DNA of 64,000 bases from Dendrobates tinctorius (taxonomy: Eukaryota). Shown here one piece after another: positions 1 to 10,826 of the stretch. The stretch covers positions 13,392,001 through 13,456,000 of the forward strand of contig NW_027361899.1 of NCBI RefSeq assembly GCF_039654945.1, read 5' to 3'. The notes beneath the pieces were generated by a model. That model had not been told where the DNA came from. It saw nothing but the letters and a program-made list of their open reading frames with translations, and did no database searches. Position 1 is the stretch's first letter. Each line of letters starts with the position of its first letter. The translations under genes and the position numbers were made by a program.

Positions 1-521
1 CTATTGGAGGTCATTGGCTTACTAGGACATCATCACATACCACGACACTGACGAACAGCAGGAAAGCCCCTGACCCACTGAATAAAAGGGCGACAGCGTA
101 CCAGTGCCCAACCTTTGGGGATTGTTTTTTACTTAAATGCATGTACAGGTGCGTCTCACAAAATTAGAATATCATCAAAAATTGAATTTATTTCATTTCT
201 TCAATACAAAAACTGAATCTCCTATATTCTATAGAGTCATTACACACAGAGTGATCTATTCCACGTGTTTATTTCTGTTAATGTTGATGATTATGGCTTA
301 CAGCCAATAAAAACCCAAAAGTCATCTCAGAAAATTAGATTCACAAAAAACACCTGCAAAGGCTTCCTAAATGTTTTAAAAGGTCCCTTAGTCTGTTTCA
401 GTTGCTCCACAATCATGGGGAAGACTGCTGACCTGACAGATGTCCAGAAGGCAGTCACTGACACACTCCACAAGGAGGGGAAGCCACAAAAGGTCATTGC
501 TAAAGATGCTGGCTGTTCACA

Positions 522-975
522 ACAAATCTCCAGAGCGCCGAGCTGTGGAAAATATTCTGTACGTGCATTAATGGGGGTAACTACAGCTAGAAAGTCCCTG
601 GGCTGAGAATGGCCGACACCCGATACGGCCGGATCACTTTAGAACACCAGCATCCAGATGCGTACTTCCTCCTGATGTTTTTGGTGGACAGCCACACGTA
701 CGCATTCACACACACGTCGAGACCTGAACATTTATTTCCACGCGTACGTTTGCCAACAGATGGTAATTTCCTTGAGGAACAGACCACAGAGGTGCTCCCC
801 CGTGTCTCCAAACTCATACCCTCACTACATACAGGGGGAACCACCACACGCCCCTGATACCTCCTCCTGGGAGGACTCCGAGACTCAGGGTTTACTTGAG
901 GAGAGGGTTGAATTCTGCCCCTACTCCCTGGTAGCACCTTATCTGCCTCCACCAGAGAAGGGGTAGGTTTGAGAA
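522..975 (-). mobile_element. Ty3/Gypsy integrase C-terminal (GPY/F region) fragment within the Tc1 transposase
   Basis: Minus frame YVWLSTKNIRRK...KVIRPYRVSAILSPGTF resembles Gypsy VWLSTKNI...FIGPY; transposase frame breaks at ~521 and resumes at ~976. Confidence 0.7.
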
Positions 976-1778
976 GGACTGCTGCTGGAGTCATTGCATC
1001 AAGAACCACCACATACAGACGTATCCAGGACATGGGCTACAAATGTCACATTCCTTGTGTCAAGCCAATCATGACCAATAGACAACGCCAGAAGCGTCTT
1101 ACCTGGGCCGAGGAGAAAAAGAATTGGACTGTTAATCAGTGATCCAAGGTGTTGTTTTCAGATTAAAGTAAATTTTGCATTGTCTGGAGGAAGAGTGGAG
1201 AGGCCACAATCCAAGCTGCTGGAGGTCTAGTCTGAGGTCTCCACAATCAGTGATGGTTTGGGGAGCCATGTCATCTGCTGGTGTAGGTCCACTGTGCTTT
1301 ATCAATACCAAAGTCAGCACAGCCGTCTACCAGGACATTTTAAAGCACTTCATGCTTCCCTCTGCCGACATGCTTTTGGGAGATGGAAATGTCATTCTCC
1401 AGCAGGACTTGGCCCCTGTCCACACTGCCAAAAGTAACAATACCTGGTGCAAAAACAACAGTATCACTGTGCTTGATTGACAGCAAACTCGCCTGATCTT
1501 AACCCCATAGAGAATCTATGGAGTATTGTCAAGAGGAAGATGAGAGACACCAGACCCAACATAACAGACAAGCTGAAGGCTGCTGTCAAAGCAACCTGGG
1601 CTTCCATAACCCCTCAGCAGTGCCACATGCTGATCGCCTCCATGCCACGCCACATTGATGCAGTAATTGACGCCAAAGGAGCCCCGACCAAGTATTGAGT
1701 GCATTTACTGATCATACATTTCAGTAGGACAACATTTCAGATTTTAAAATCATTTTTTCAAGCTGGTATTATAAAGTA

Positions 1779-1954
1779 GAATAAAGATATTTGCACTGGG
1801 ATTATCCTTCTCTGATAGAGGATAATCCCAGCGCAAACATCTTTACTCTTATTTATAGTTTAATTTGACAACTTTTGTGGTGTGTTGTTCCGTTTGCCAC
1901 AGGTATTCTTTTTCCTGCTGTATACTAGCGCCACCTAGCATCAGTCCAGTACAT
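1779..1954. mobile_element. Short insertion starting with a hairpin (Penelope-like remnant)
   Basis: 15-bp duplication TGGT(A/G)TTATAAAGTA at 1764-1778 and 1955-1969; ~30-bp stem hairpin at 1778-1849. Confidence 0.55.
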
Positions 1955-2043
1955 TGGTGTTATAAAGTATTCTAATTTATGGAGATAATGACTTTTGGGT
2001 TTTCATTGGCTGTAAGCCATAATCATCATAAACAGAAATAAAC

Positions 2044-3722
2044 CCCCCAAAAAAAGGAAAAGGAAGCTTTATGCCATAATTATTCAAAAGATATATTTTA
2101 TTTAGTTACAATCTCAAAGTGACAGTGCAGGCAATTCAAACTTAGCAGGTTTACTAAGTAGAAATCCTTACATGTAAAAGAAAGTTCCCATGAATATTAG
2201 AAGCTAGTGTCAAGATGGTCATTATTATCAAGAGAACATTCCCCTGGACAAAGCCAAAAGCAAAACGCGCGGTGGGGTGCCTGCCGCTTACAGGTATAAT
2301 GTCTTTTTCACTTTGATGCATATGTTGTTTTGATAATAATGACCATCTTGGCACTAGCTTCTAATATTCTGATGACATTTGCTGATGACACTAAGCTAGG
2401 AGGGATAGCTAATACTAGAGAAGAGAGAGAGAGGATTCAAAAAGATTTAAATAAACTGGAGAAGTGGGCAGCAACTAACAGAATGGTTTTTAACAGGGAG
2501 AAATGCAAAGTACTACATCTGGGCAATAAAAATGAAAAAAGCATATACAGAATGGGAGGAATAGGGCTAAGTGACAGCACATGTGAAAAAGACTTGGGTA
2601 TACTAATAGATCACAGACTGAATATGAGTCAACAGTGTGATGCAGCAGCAAAAAAGGCAAATGCAATTCTAGGATGTATTAACAGAAGCATACAGTCTAG
2701 ATCACGTGAAGTCATTATTTCCCTCTACTCCTCTTTGGTCAGACCTCATCTGGAATATTGTGTCCAGTTATGGGCACCACATTTTAAAAAAGACATCAAC
2801 AAACTGGAGCAAGTTCAGAAAAGAGCGACCAGAATGGTGACAGGTCTGCAAACCCTGTCTTATGAGGAAAGGTTGCAGGATTTGGGAATGTTTAGTTTGC
2901 AAAAGAGAAGACTGAGAGGAGACTTAATAGCTGTCTACAAATATCTAAAGGGCTGTCACATTGTAGAAGGATCAACTTTATTCTCATTTGCACAAGGAAA
3001 GACTAGAAGCAATGGGATGAAACTGAATGGGAGGAGACACAGATTAGATATTAGAAAAAACTTTTTGACTGTTAGAGTGATCAATGAGTGGAACAGGCTG
3101 CCACGAGAAGTGGTGAGTTCTCCTTCAATGGAAGTCTTCAAACAGAGGCTGGACAGACATCTGACCGGGATGATTTAGCGAATCCTGCTTTGAGCAGGGG
3201 GTTGGACCAGATGGCCCAGGAGGTCCCTTCCAACTCTACGATTCTATGATTCATGGGAACTTTCTTTTACATGTAAATGGTGTAGGGATATCTACTTAGT
3301 AAACCTGAAGCAGCCTGATATGGGATATATTCCCATTTTTCTGCTGCCTTTTAATTTGAGGTTGGATGATACATATAATTTTTTGGAAAGCATCGTTCTG
3401 CTCCTTATATTGGATTATTTTGTCCATATCTCATTGGCGCATTGATTTGTTTCTTGCTGTATATGATTAGCTAATGTGATGGATATATACCATTCCTTTC
3501 ATTATACTAATATCTGGATGCAGTTCTTTTTGTATTTCTGTCCCCATTGATTGAATTGCCTGCACTGTCATTTTTAGATTGTAACTAAATAAAATATGTA
3601 TCTTTTGAATAATTATGGCATAAAGCTTCCTTTTCCTTTTGTTGGGGGTTTATGATTTTTGGAGGTGCCATTGCTCTAAGCATTTGAAATACATTTACCT
3701 ATATATTTTTTGGTGTTTTATT
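2044..3722 (+). mobile_element. Penelope-like non-autonomous insertion with nested inverted segments
   Basis: 13-bp TSD AACAGAAATAAAC (2031-2043, 3723-3735); inverted pairs ~2044-2140/3552-3652, ~2146-2196/3249-3307, ~2194-2232/2330-2368; decayed hammerhead-like motif 2241-2277. Confidence 0.6.
2372..3252 (+). mobile_element. CR1 LINE 3' fragment
   Basis: [33 protein letters not shown]; 3' hairpin and (ATTCTATG)n tail. Confidence 0.95.
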
Positions 3723-4182
3723 AACAGAAATAAACACGTGAAATAGATCACTCTGTGTGTAATGACTCTATATGAGTTTCTCTTTTTGTATTGAAGAACT
3801 GGCATAAATTAACTTTTTTATGATATTCTAATTTTGTGAGAAGCACCTGTATTTGGGTCTAAAAATCAACTTTGCGATTGGGTTTCATTGAAAATGTTGC
3901 ACCATTTGACTTTTACAGACTATCTATGATGTGGACTGTCTCATAAATCAGCTGAGAGCTACAGACTTTCCACTAGACTGTGAAAAGGAGCTCACTGATG
4001 AAGGTGCTGTCTGGAATGGTGAGGTGTCGGCCCATATAATTCTTTCTCCATTTACCCCTTTATGAGTCCCAAAATTGCTTGCTCGGCAATTTTTGTAACT
4101 CCCCTAGAAATAAACATAGACTGTTGCACATGTGTGACCACCTCCACATCACCGGAGGCACTGCGGGTCCGGCTTCTACATA

Positions 4183-5555
4183 CACTACTCATAAAAGGTT
4201 AGGGATATTTGACTTTCAGATGAAACTTCAGGATGATCCTAAAATGCCCTGTAACCGTTTCAGGGGACCTCAATGTGAAGTCTCTAAACTTTCGGATGCC
4301 CACGTTCAACTGTTCAATGTCTCAGTACTTTTTTCATAACTTTCTGTTCTCTAAACAAGGAGCTTAATGGAAAAATTCACAGCAGGTGTTTGATCCATGA
4401 ATCGGCCAATAAATGTCAGGGTTCACTTAGAATTGGTATTAAACCGTCCTCCTCATCATGAAGCAAAGATGACGCCTAACAATTGGTGACCAGGACCTCG
4501 CCGTTGTGAGGCTTCAGGGAGGATGTGACAGAAGAGGCCACTGAGTTCAGTGTCACAGAGACATCAGCAGGTGACAGATACAGAGACTCAAGAGTCACAG
4601 ATCGGCAGAGAAGGGGACGTCCTCTGTCACATCCCACACTGAGGACCCTTCATTGTGAACAATGCCCTTCAGGGCTGGATGATGAATGCCCCCCAACTCC
4701 AGGCATATCTAGGGGAGGTGAGAGGCGACCAAGTGTCACGTCAGACCATTCAAACCCATTTACATGAGTGTGGTCTGCGTTCTAGACGCCCTGCAAGGTA
4801 CCGGACCCCACCACCATGTGACAGGAGCATCTACGCTGGAAGAGGGACCAGTGGCCTCAGTGCTGTTCACTGATGAAAGTGGATTCATGCTGAGCAAAAA
4901 TCACGGCCGCCAACGATGTTAGAGACATATAGGAGGGCGCTGTGTATCAGCCATTTGTCACCAGACAAGCCTGTGATGGTGTTAGTGTGGGCAGGTGGGT
5001 GTAGTCAGTACAGAACTGCCTGCACTTTGTGACAAGCCCCTACTACTGGAATAACATCATTACTCCAGTCATTGTGCCTCTGCACGGACAACACCTAATG
5101 TCATCTTCATAGACGACCATGCTCCAGGTCATCGAGGGAGCATCATTGGGGAGCGATTGCTGGAGACTGGGGGGACCTCACATGGAGCGGCTGCACTTTC
5201 TCCAGACCTGAATCCCAGAGAAACCTATGGGATCAGCCGAGTCTCCGTGTAGAGGCTCGTAACGCTGTACCCCAGAACCTCAATGACCTGAGGGACGCCC
5301 TCCAATAAGAGAGGGACACCATGTCTCAGCAGACGATAACTCCTCTTGTGACCAGCAGGAGACGTCATTGTCAACTTTAATTGATGCTCCAGGGCAAGTT
5401 GCTTTTTTTCCAATAAATTGTTTGAGATGAGGAAATCACCGTCGCGGCTTCTACTGATTGCCCAACCGTCAAGAGAAAATATCACTGCAGCAGGAACATT
5501 TTACAGTTTCCGTAAATTTCACCTGAAAGCCAAATATCTTTTTCTGAGTAAGGTG
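4183..5555 (+). mobile_element. Decayed Tc1-like transposon
   Basis: TA-CACTACTCA... left end with diverged inverted copy at ~5515-5555; fragments DRQRRGRP, VLFTDES, SPDLNPRENLWDQ. Confidence 0.8.
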
Positions 5556-5999
5556 TCTGACATAAAATACCCCTTGAATCACTCATTAGTTCTTTCTTCT
5601 TTTCTTCCATACAGTGAATTTCAATTTGTCACTATTTGCAAAACTTCTGATTGTCGTCAGTGAATGGCAGAGATCTCAATTGCATGAAAAGACTCAGAAT
5701 GCTGCACAGTTACAAGGTTAGCACCTTTAGACAAAAATAAAAATAAAAAGGATGACCCGAGGGATGGGAGAGGATATTGATAACGGAAAGGGATAATCAA
5801 AGAACCATGTGCTCTAAGAGCAAATCTCTCCAAGAACCCAAATGTCGATCAGCTGGATCTACCATATATCCGCTCTCTTATGCCGAGTCCTGCACCCGCT
5901 CCGTCTTGTTCGACCCAACTGGTGCATTAGTTATAAAGGACAAGACGATAATCACCAATCATAGTACAAGTTGCCGCACTACATCACGGGGACACGGAC

Positions 6000-7100
6000 C
6001 TTTGGATAGGAGATGGTGGGCCCCCTCTTCATGTACAAGACATATTCATCAAGCGAGGGTCTTCTCAGGAAGAACTGATGCCCAGTGGAAGTCCTGACTT
6101 TCTCCCCGGACAGTTTGCCCAGTAAGTCTGTGTAGTTGATGGCCCCCCAATTACTGACCAGTTTTCCGGAGTCCTTCAGCACAAACATCTTCTGGAACAT
6201 GGAGTAGCGCCCGTGGTTGTACTCCGCTAGGAGCAGATCTCCAGACTGGAAGGGGACACCCTGGAAAGGTGCAAAGTCTTGGGGTGATGAATTTGGGGGG
6301 CAGCACAGTTTCTCTTGGTGGGATGTTGAAGGTTCTTGGGAAGGCAGATGCTCAGAAATACCATGAGGTCCATGCTCTTGACAGGATAAAGGGGGTCTGA
6401 GCTGCTCTGGGTGGTCTTGGTAGGAGGATGGGGGTCTGAGCTGCTCTGGATGGTCTTGGGAGGATGATGGGGATCTGAGCTGCTCTGGATGGTCTTGGGA
6501 GGATGATGGGGATCTGAGCTGCTCTGGATGGTCTTGGGAGGATGATGGGGGTCTGAGCTGCTCTGGGTGGTCTTGGGAGGATGATGGGGGTCTGAGCTGC
6601 TCTGGGTGGTCTTGGGAGGATGATGGGGGTCTGAGCTGCTCTGGGTGGTCTTGGGAAGATGATGGGGGTCTGAGCTGCTCTGGATGGTCTTGGGAGGATG
6701 ATGGGGGTCTGACCTGCTCTTGGAAGGATGTTGGGGGTCTGACCTGCTCTGGGTGGTCTTGAGAGGATGATGGGGGTCCTGCGGTGCTCAGCTGCTCTGG
6801 ACTTTGCAGATCTCTGATCTCCTGGGAGATAAATTCTGGAGGGATGATGCTACTCAGTCTGTCCAGGGGTGACAGAGACCTCCTCCTCCACGTCCTTATG
6901 CCTAGGGGACTGGCAGGTTGGGGGGATTCAGGCTGCCCCTCAGCTTCATGACCTTCCTGTGAAGATGAGCACAAAGTGATGCAATGTTGCAGCTGCACCC
7001 CGAGTCTCCGCGTCTGCAGATTCCTTGCACTGCCAGCAGAGGGCGCCCGACACCAGAGTGCGGCAGAGCACAGCCTTCTCCCCGCACACACCGCTGACAT
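6000..7100 (-). CDS. TRMT61B: Mitochondrial tRNA m1A58 methyltransferase, first coding exon (later exons not found in this window)
   Basis: ORF ends in PFQSGDLLLAE...GKLVSNWGAINYTDLLGKLSGEKVRTSTGHQFFLRRPSLDEYVLYMKRGPTISYPK, the Trm61/GCD14 N-terminal signature; phase-0 GT donor at 5999-5998; Arg/Ser/Ala-rich N-terminus resembling a mitochondrial presequence; head-to-head with WDR43 as in human. Confidence 0.9.
6385..6780 (-). repeat. Coding minisatellite, 39-bp unit encoding RPPSSSQDHPEQL (~10 units)
   Basis: Directly visible in the ORF translation and as repeated gggggtctgagctgctctgg(a/g)tggtcttgggaggatgat. Confidence 0.95.
7015..7046 (+). promoter_or_regulatory. CTCF-like motif inside TRMT61B exon 1
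   Basis: Core CCAGCAGAGGGCGC (7033-7046) with TGCAG 13 nt upstream. Confidence 0.5.
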
Positions 7101-7240
7101 CCCGGGGGCAACGGCGGAGAATCTCCCCAGATCAGCGCGTCATCATCCGGGGACAAGAAGGAAGCGGCAGCGCAGAGCGCACACGTGGGGGAGCGAGCAG
7201 TGCTTCCGGCCGTGCGCAGCGTTACACGACACGTGCTGCG
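7101..7240 (-). promoter_or_regulatory. Putative TRMT61B promoter/5' region, CpG-rich
   Basis: E-boxes CACGTG at 7182-7187 and 7230-7235, ETS-like CTTCCGG at 7203-7209, immediately upstream of the ATG. Confidence 0.45.
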
Positions 7241-7903
7241 GGACAGGAGGCTGCAATGAGGAGAGGAGGCTGCAGCAGCTGCAGGGACAGGAGGCTGCGG
7301 TGAGAGGATTCTGTAGTAGGGTGAGGAGGTTGCAGCAGCTGCAGGGAGAGGAGGCTGCAGCAGCTGCATGGATAGGAGGCTCCTGTGAGGATAGGAGGCT
7401 GCAGCAGCTGCAGAGAGAAGGTGGCTTTGAGGAGAGGAGGTTGTGAAAGGAAAAGGAAGAGCTGCTGCAGAGGCCCAACAGAACAGAATGACAAAGTCCT
7501 GCTTGGGACCTTATTGATAAATGAGCCCTCACCGTTCACCACTAACATTGATAAGTTGCTTTCATGGCGTCTGCAGCAGAAATATTTTATACTATAATAT
7601 GCAAATATTTTTTGACACAAAATAATTTCTGTTCTCCTACAATAAACTTTTCTTCCCCTCCAAATAGAGGAAACTGGAAAAATGTCATGTACTTAAACCA
7701 AAATATGTATATTCTGCACCCCTCCTCAACTGTTTTTCTTTGGGATTGTTGGAACCCAGTGATTGGCTGCAGCGGTCACTTCTGCGGTAGTTACGACATC
7801 ACTGCTGCAGCCTGTCAATAAAGACTCGGGAATTGGAGACGAGGCATCGCCGGAGTGGGGGAGTAACCGCTGTTTGTTATTGGACAAACCTGTGAACATA
7901 TAA

Positions 7904-8828
7904 GGCTAAGTGCACACGTACCGGAACTCTCGCGGAAATTACCGCGAGAATTCTGGAATTCCATTCCGCGGGAAAATCGCATTTTAAATTCCCGCGATTT
8001 TCCCGCGGAAAAACTAGCATTTTGCAAGCGTATTTAGCTTGCAGAATGCTAGCGTTTTCCAAGCGATCTGTAGCATCGCTTGGAGAACTGATTGACAGGT
8101 TGGTCACACTCGTCAAACATAGTGTTTGACGAGTGTGACCAACTTTTTACTACTGAGGCCGCCTATGCAGCATCAGTAGTAAAAGATAGAATGTAAAAAA
8201 AAATAAAAAATAGTGTTATTCTTACCTTCCGACGTCCCGCGCATCCGTTCCCAGTAATCCTTTGCGAAAACGCCCGCGATGACGTCCGTTCTCGCGGGAT
8301 CGCGATGTCTCGCGGTAATTCGCGATGACGTTGCGCGAATGACCGCGAGAACGGATGCCATCGCGGGCATTTTCGCAAAGGATTACTGGGAACGGAAGCG
8401 TGGAGAAAGGCGGGAATGCTGCGCGGGACGCCGGAATGTAAGAATAACAATATTTTTTATTTTAAATTCTATTTTTTACAGGGATATGGTACCCAAAGCC
8501 CGGAGGACAGCCTCCTCTCCTCTGGACCGTGGGTGCCATCTGCAATTGTTCTGCTTACTTTCCGCATGTTGTGCACAGCCACATGCGGGAAGTAAGCGGA
8601 ACAATGCATTCCTATGGGTGCGGGATCGCCGTGATTCCGCAAATTAATGAGCATGCTGCGTTTTTTACCGCAAAGCGATTCCGCCGCGGTAAAAACCGCA
8701 GCATTAGCACAGCATTGCGGAATCCCATAGGAATGCATGGGATGCTTATTTTTCGCGTTTTCGCGGCAAAATGGCGCGGTTAAAACCGCCGTGGAAACGC
8801 GAAAAAAACGCCACGCGTGAACTCAGCC
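7904..8828. mobile_element. PIF/Harbinger-type MITE
   Basis: TAA TSDs; TIR GGCT(A/G)AGT(G/T)CAC; CpG-rich internal palindromes. Confidence 0.75.
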
Positions 8829-9244
8829 TAAAAGTTAGTTCTGGAGAGTGGTGACCTCTATAAAGGGATAATCCTAAAAAAAATTAATCCCTACACAAAG
8901 GATTGGGGACCCCGACTGCCAGGATCTGGAGATGCGCCTTGAGTGGAAGATCACGTGTTCAACCTCCGCTCAATTTATTGTCTATGTGACTACGGGAGAT
9001 AGCCGAGCGCTTCACGTGAGGAAGGTTCATCCCTCGCCGGATCCTTGCATGGGAGAAGGCTGCTGCAGGGACAGGAGGCTTCTGCAAGGATAGGAGGCTG
9101 CCGTATTGAGAAGAAGCGTAGCTGCTGCAGGGAGGAGGCTGCTGCATTGAGAAGAGGCACAGCTGCTGCAGGGAGGAGGCTGCCGTATTGACAGAAGCCG
9201 ATGGCTCCTGTTGCTCACAATAAAGGGGCTTCACAATTCTCCGA

Positions 9245-10826
9245 AGAGGTTGCTAATAGCCGGAAGTGGTCAAAAATGATGTTGAGAAGGCCGAACTTTT
9301 AAATTTCTATTTTGCTTCTGTGTTCTCTAAGAAAGAAAATGTAACATCAACTGATCTTCATAGGGCCATCAAAGAAATAAAAGAATCCACACTATCCATA
9401 AACAAAGAGATGGTGAGGGAACACTTAGCTAATTTACATCTCCTGGTCCAGATGAATACATCCTAGGGTACTGAGTTAGAGGAAATTGCAGAACCACTAG
9501 CCAGAATCTTTGAAAAATGCTGGAGAACAGAAGTTCCAGAAGATATTGTCCCCATCTTCAAAAAAGGAAAGAAAATAGAGCCAGGAAATTACAAGCCAGT
9601 GAGCCTTACTTCCATATCAGGAAAGATGTGTGAACAAATTGTTACACTGCATGTATGTAACTACTTGGATAAGAATACAGTAATTAACCAGAGCCAGCAT
9701 GGGTTTGTAGCAAACAAGTCTTGTCAGACTAATTTAATTTCCTTCTATGATGGAATCACTGACTGGGTGGATCAGGGAAATGCGGTAGATATAGTACATC
9801 TCAACTTCAGCAAAGTATTTCATAAAGTTATCTTATACTATCCTTATTGAAAAAATTATCAAGTGTGAGATTGACAAGGCTATGGTTAGGTGGATTCATA
9901 GCTGGCACAGTGATTGTACTCAAAGAGTGGTAATAAATGGTTGCACATCCAATTGGAAAAGTGTTTCAAGTGGGTAGCACAAGGCTTTGTACTGGCCCAA
10001 GTATTGGTCAACCTTTTTATAAATGATCTATATAAGGGAACTGAAGGTAAGCTAATAAAATTTGCAAACGATGCAAAGCTAGGAGGGATAGCTCACACTA
10101 GAGAAGACAGAGAAAGGAATCAGAAGGATCTAGATAAGCTTGAACAATGGGCAGCGACTAATAGAATGGTATTTATCAGGGAGAAATGAAAGATTCTACA
10201 TCTGTGCAAGAAAAACAAAAATTACTTCTACAGAATGGGAGGAATAGAACTAAGCAACAGCACGTGAGAAAAAGACTTGTGCATACTAATAGATCACAGA
10301 CTGCATGAGTCACCAGTGTGATGCACCAGCAAAAAACGCAAAGTACTAGGATGTATTAAGAGAAGCATAGAGTCTAGATCACGTGAAGTCATTATCCCCC
10401 TCTACTCCTCCTTGGTCAGGCCTCATCTGGAATACTGTGTCCAGGTCTGGGCGCCACATTTTAAAAAAGACATTGAAAAACTGGAGCAAGATTAGAGAAG
10501 AGCGACCAGGATGGTGAGCGGACTGCAATGCATGTTCTACGAAGGACGTTTAAAGGATCTGGGAATGTTTAGCTTGCAAAATAGAAGGCTAAGAGGAGAC
10601 TTAATAGCTGTCTACAAATATCTGAAGGGCTGTCACATTGTAGAAGGATCATCTTTATTCTCATTTGCACAAGTAAAGACTAGAAGCAATGGGATGAAAC
10701 TGAATGGGAGGAGACACAGATTAGATATTAGAAAAAACTTTTTGACAGTGAGGGTGATCAATGAGTGAAGCAGGCTGCCACGAGAGGTGGTGAGTTCTCC
10801 TTCAATGGAAGTCTTCAAACAGAGGC
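9245..10826 (+). mobile_element. CR1 LINE RT fragment, degenerate
   Basis: KAELLNFYFASVF, QHGFVANKSCQTNLISFYD, KFANDAKLGG; multiple stops; 3' part nearly identical to 2372-3178. Confidence 0.93.

Larger units (their letters stand above)
146..3849 (+). mobile_element. Tc1-like transposon, decayed, carrying nested insertions
   Basis: TA TSDs (144-145, 3850-3851); TIR CAGGTGC(G/T)TCTCACAAAATTAGAATATCAT; transposase pieces MGKTADLT (415), [31 protein letters not shown] (1698). Confidence 0.92.

Noticed and set aside
7132-7146. Possible uORF (MMTR*) upstream of TRMT61B
   Set aside because: Transcription start unknown; expected by chance.
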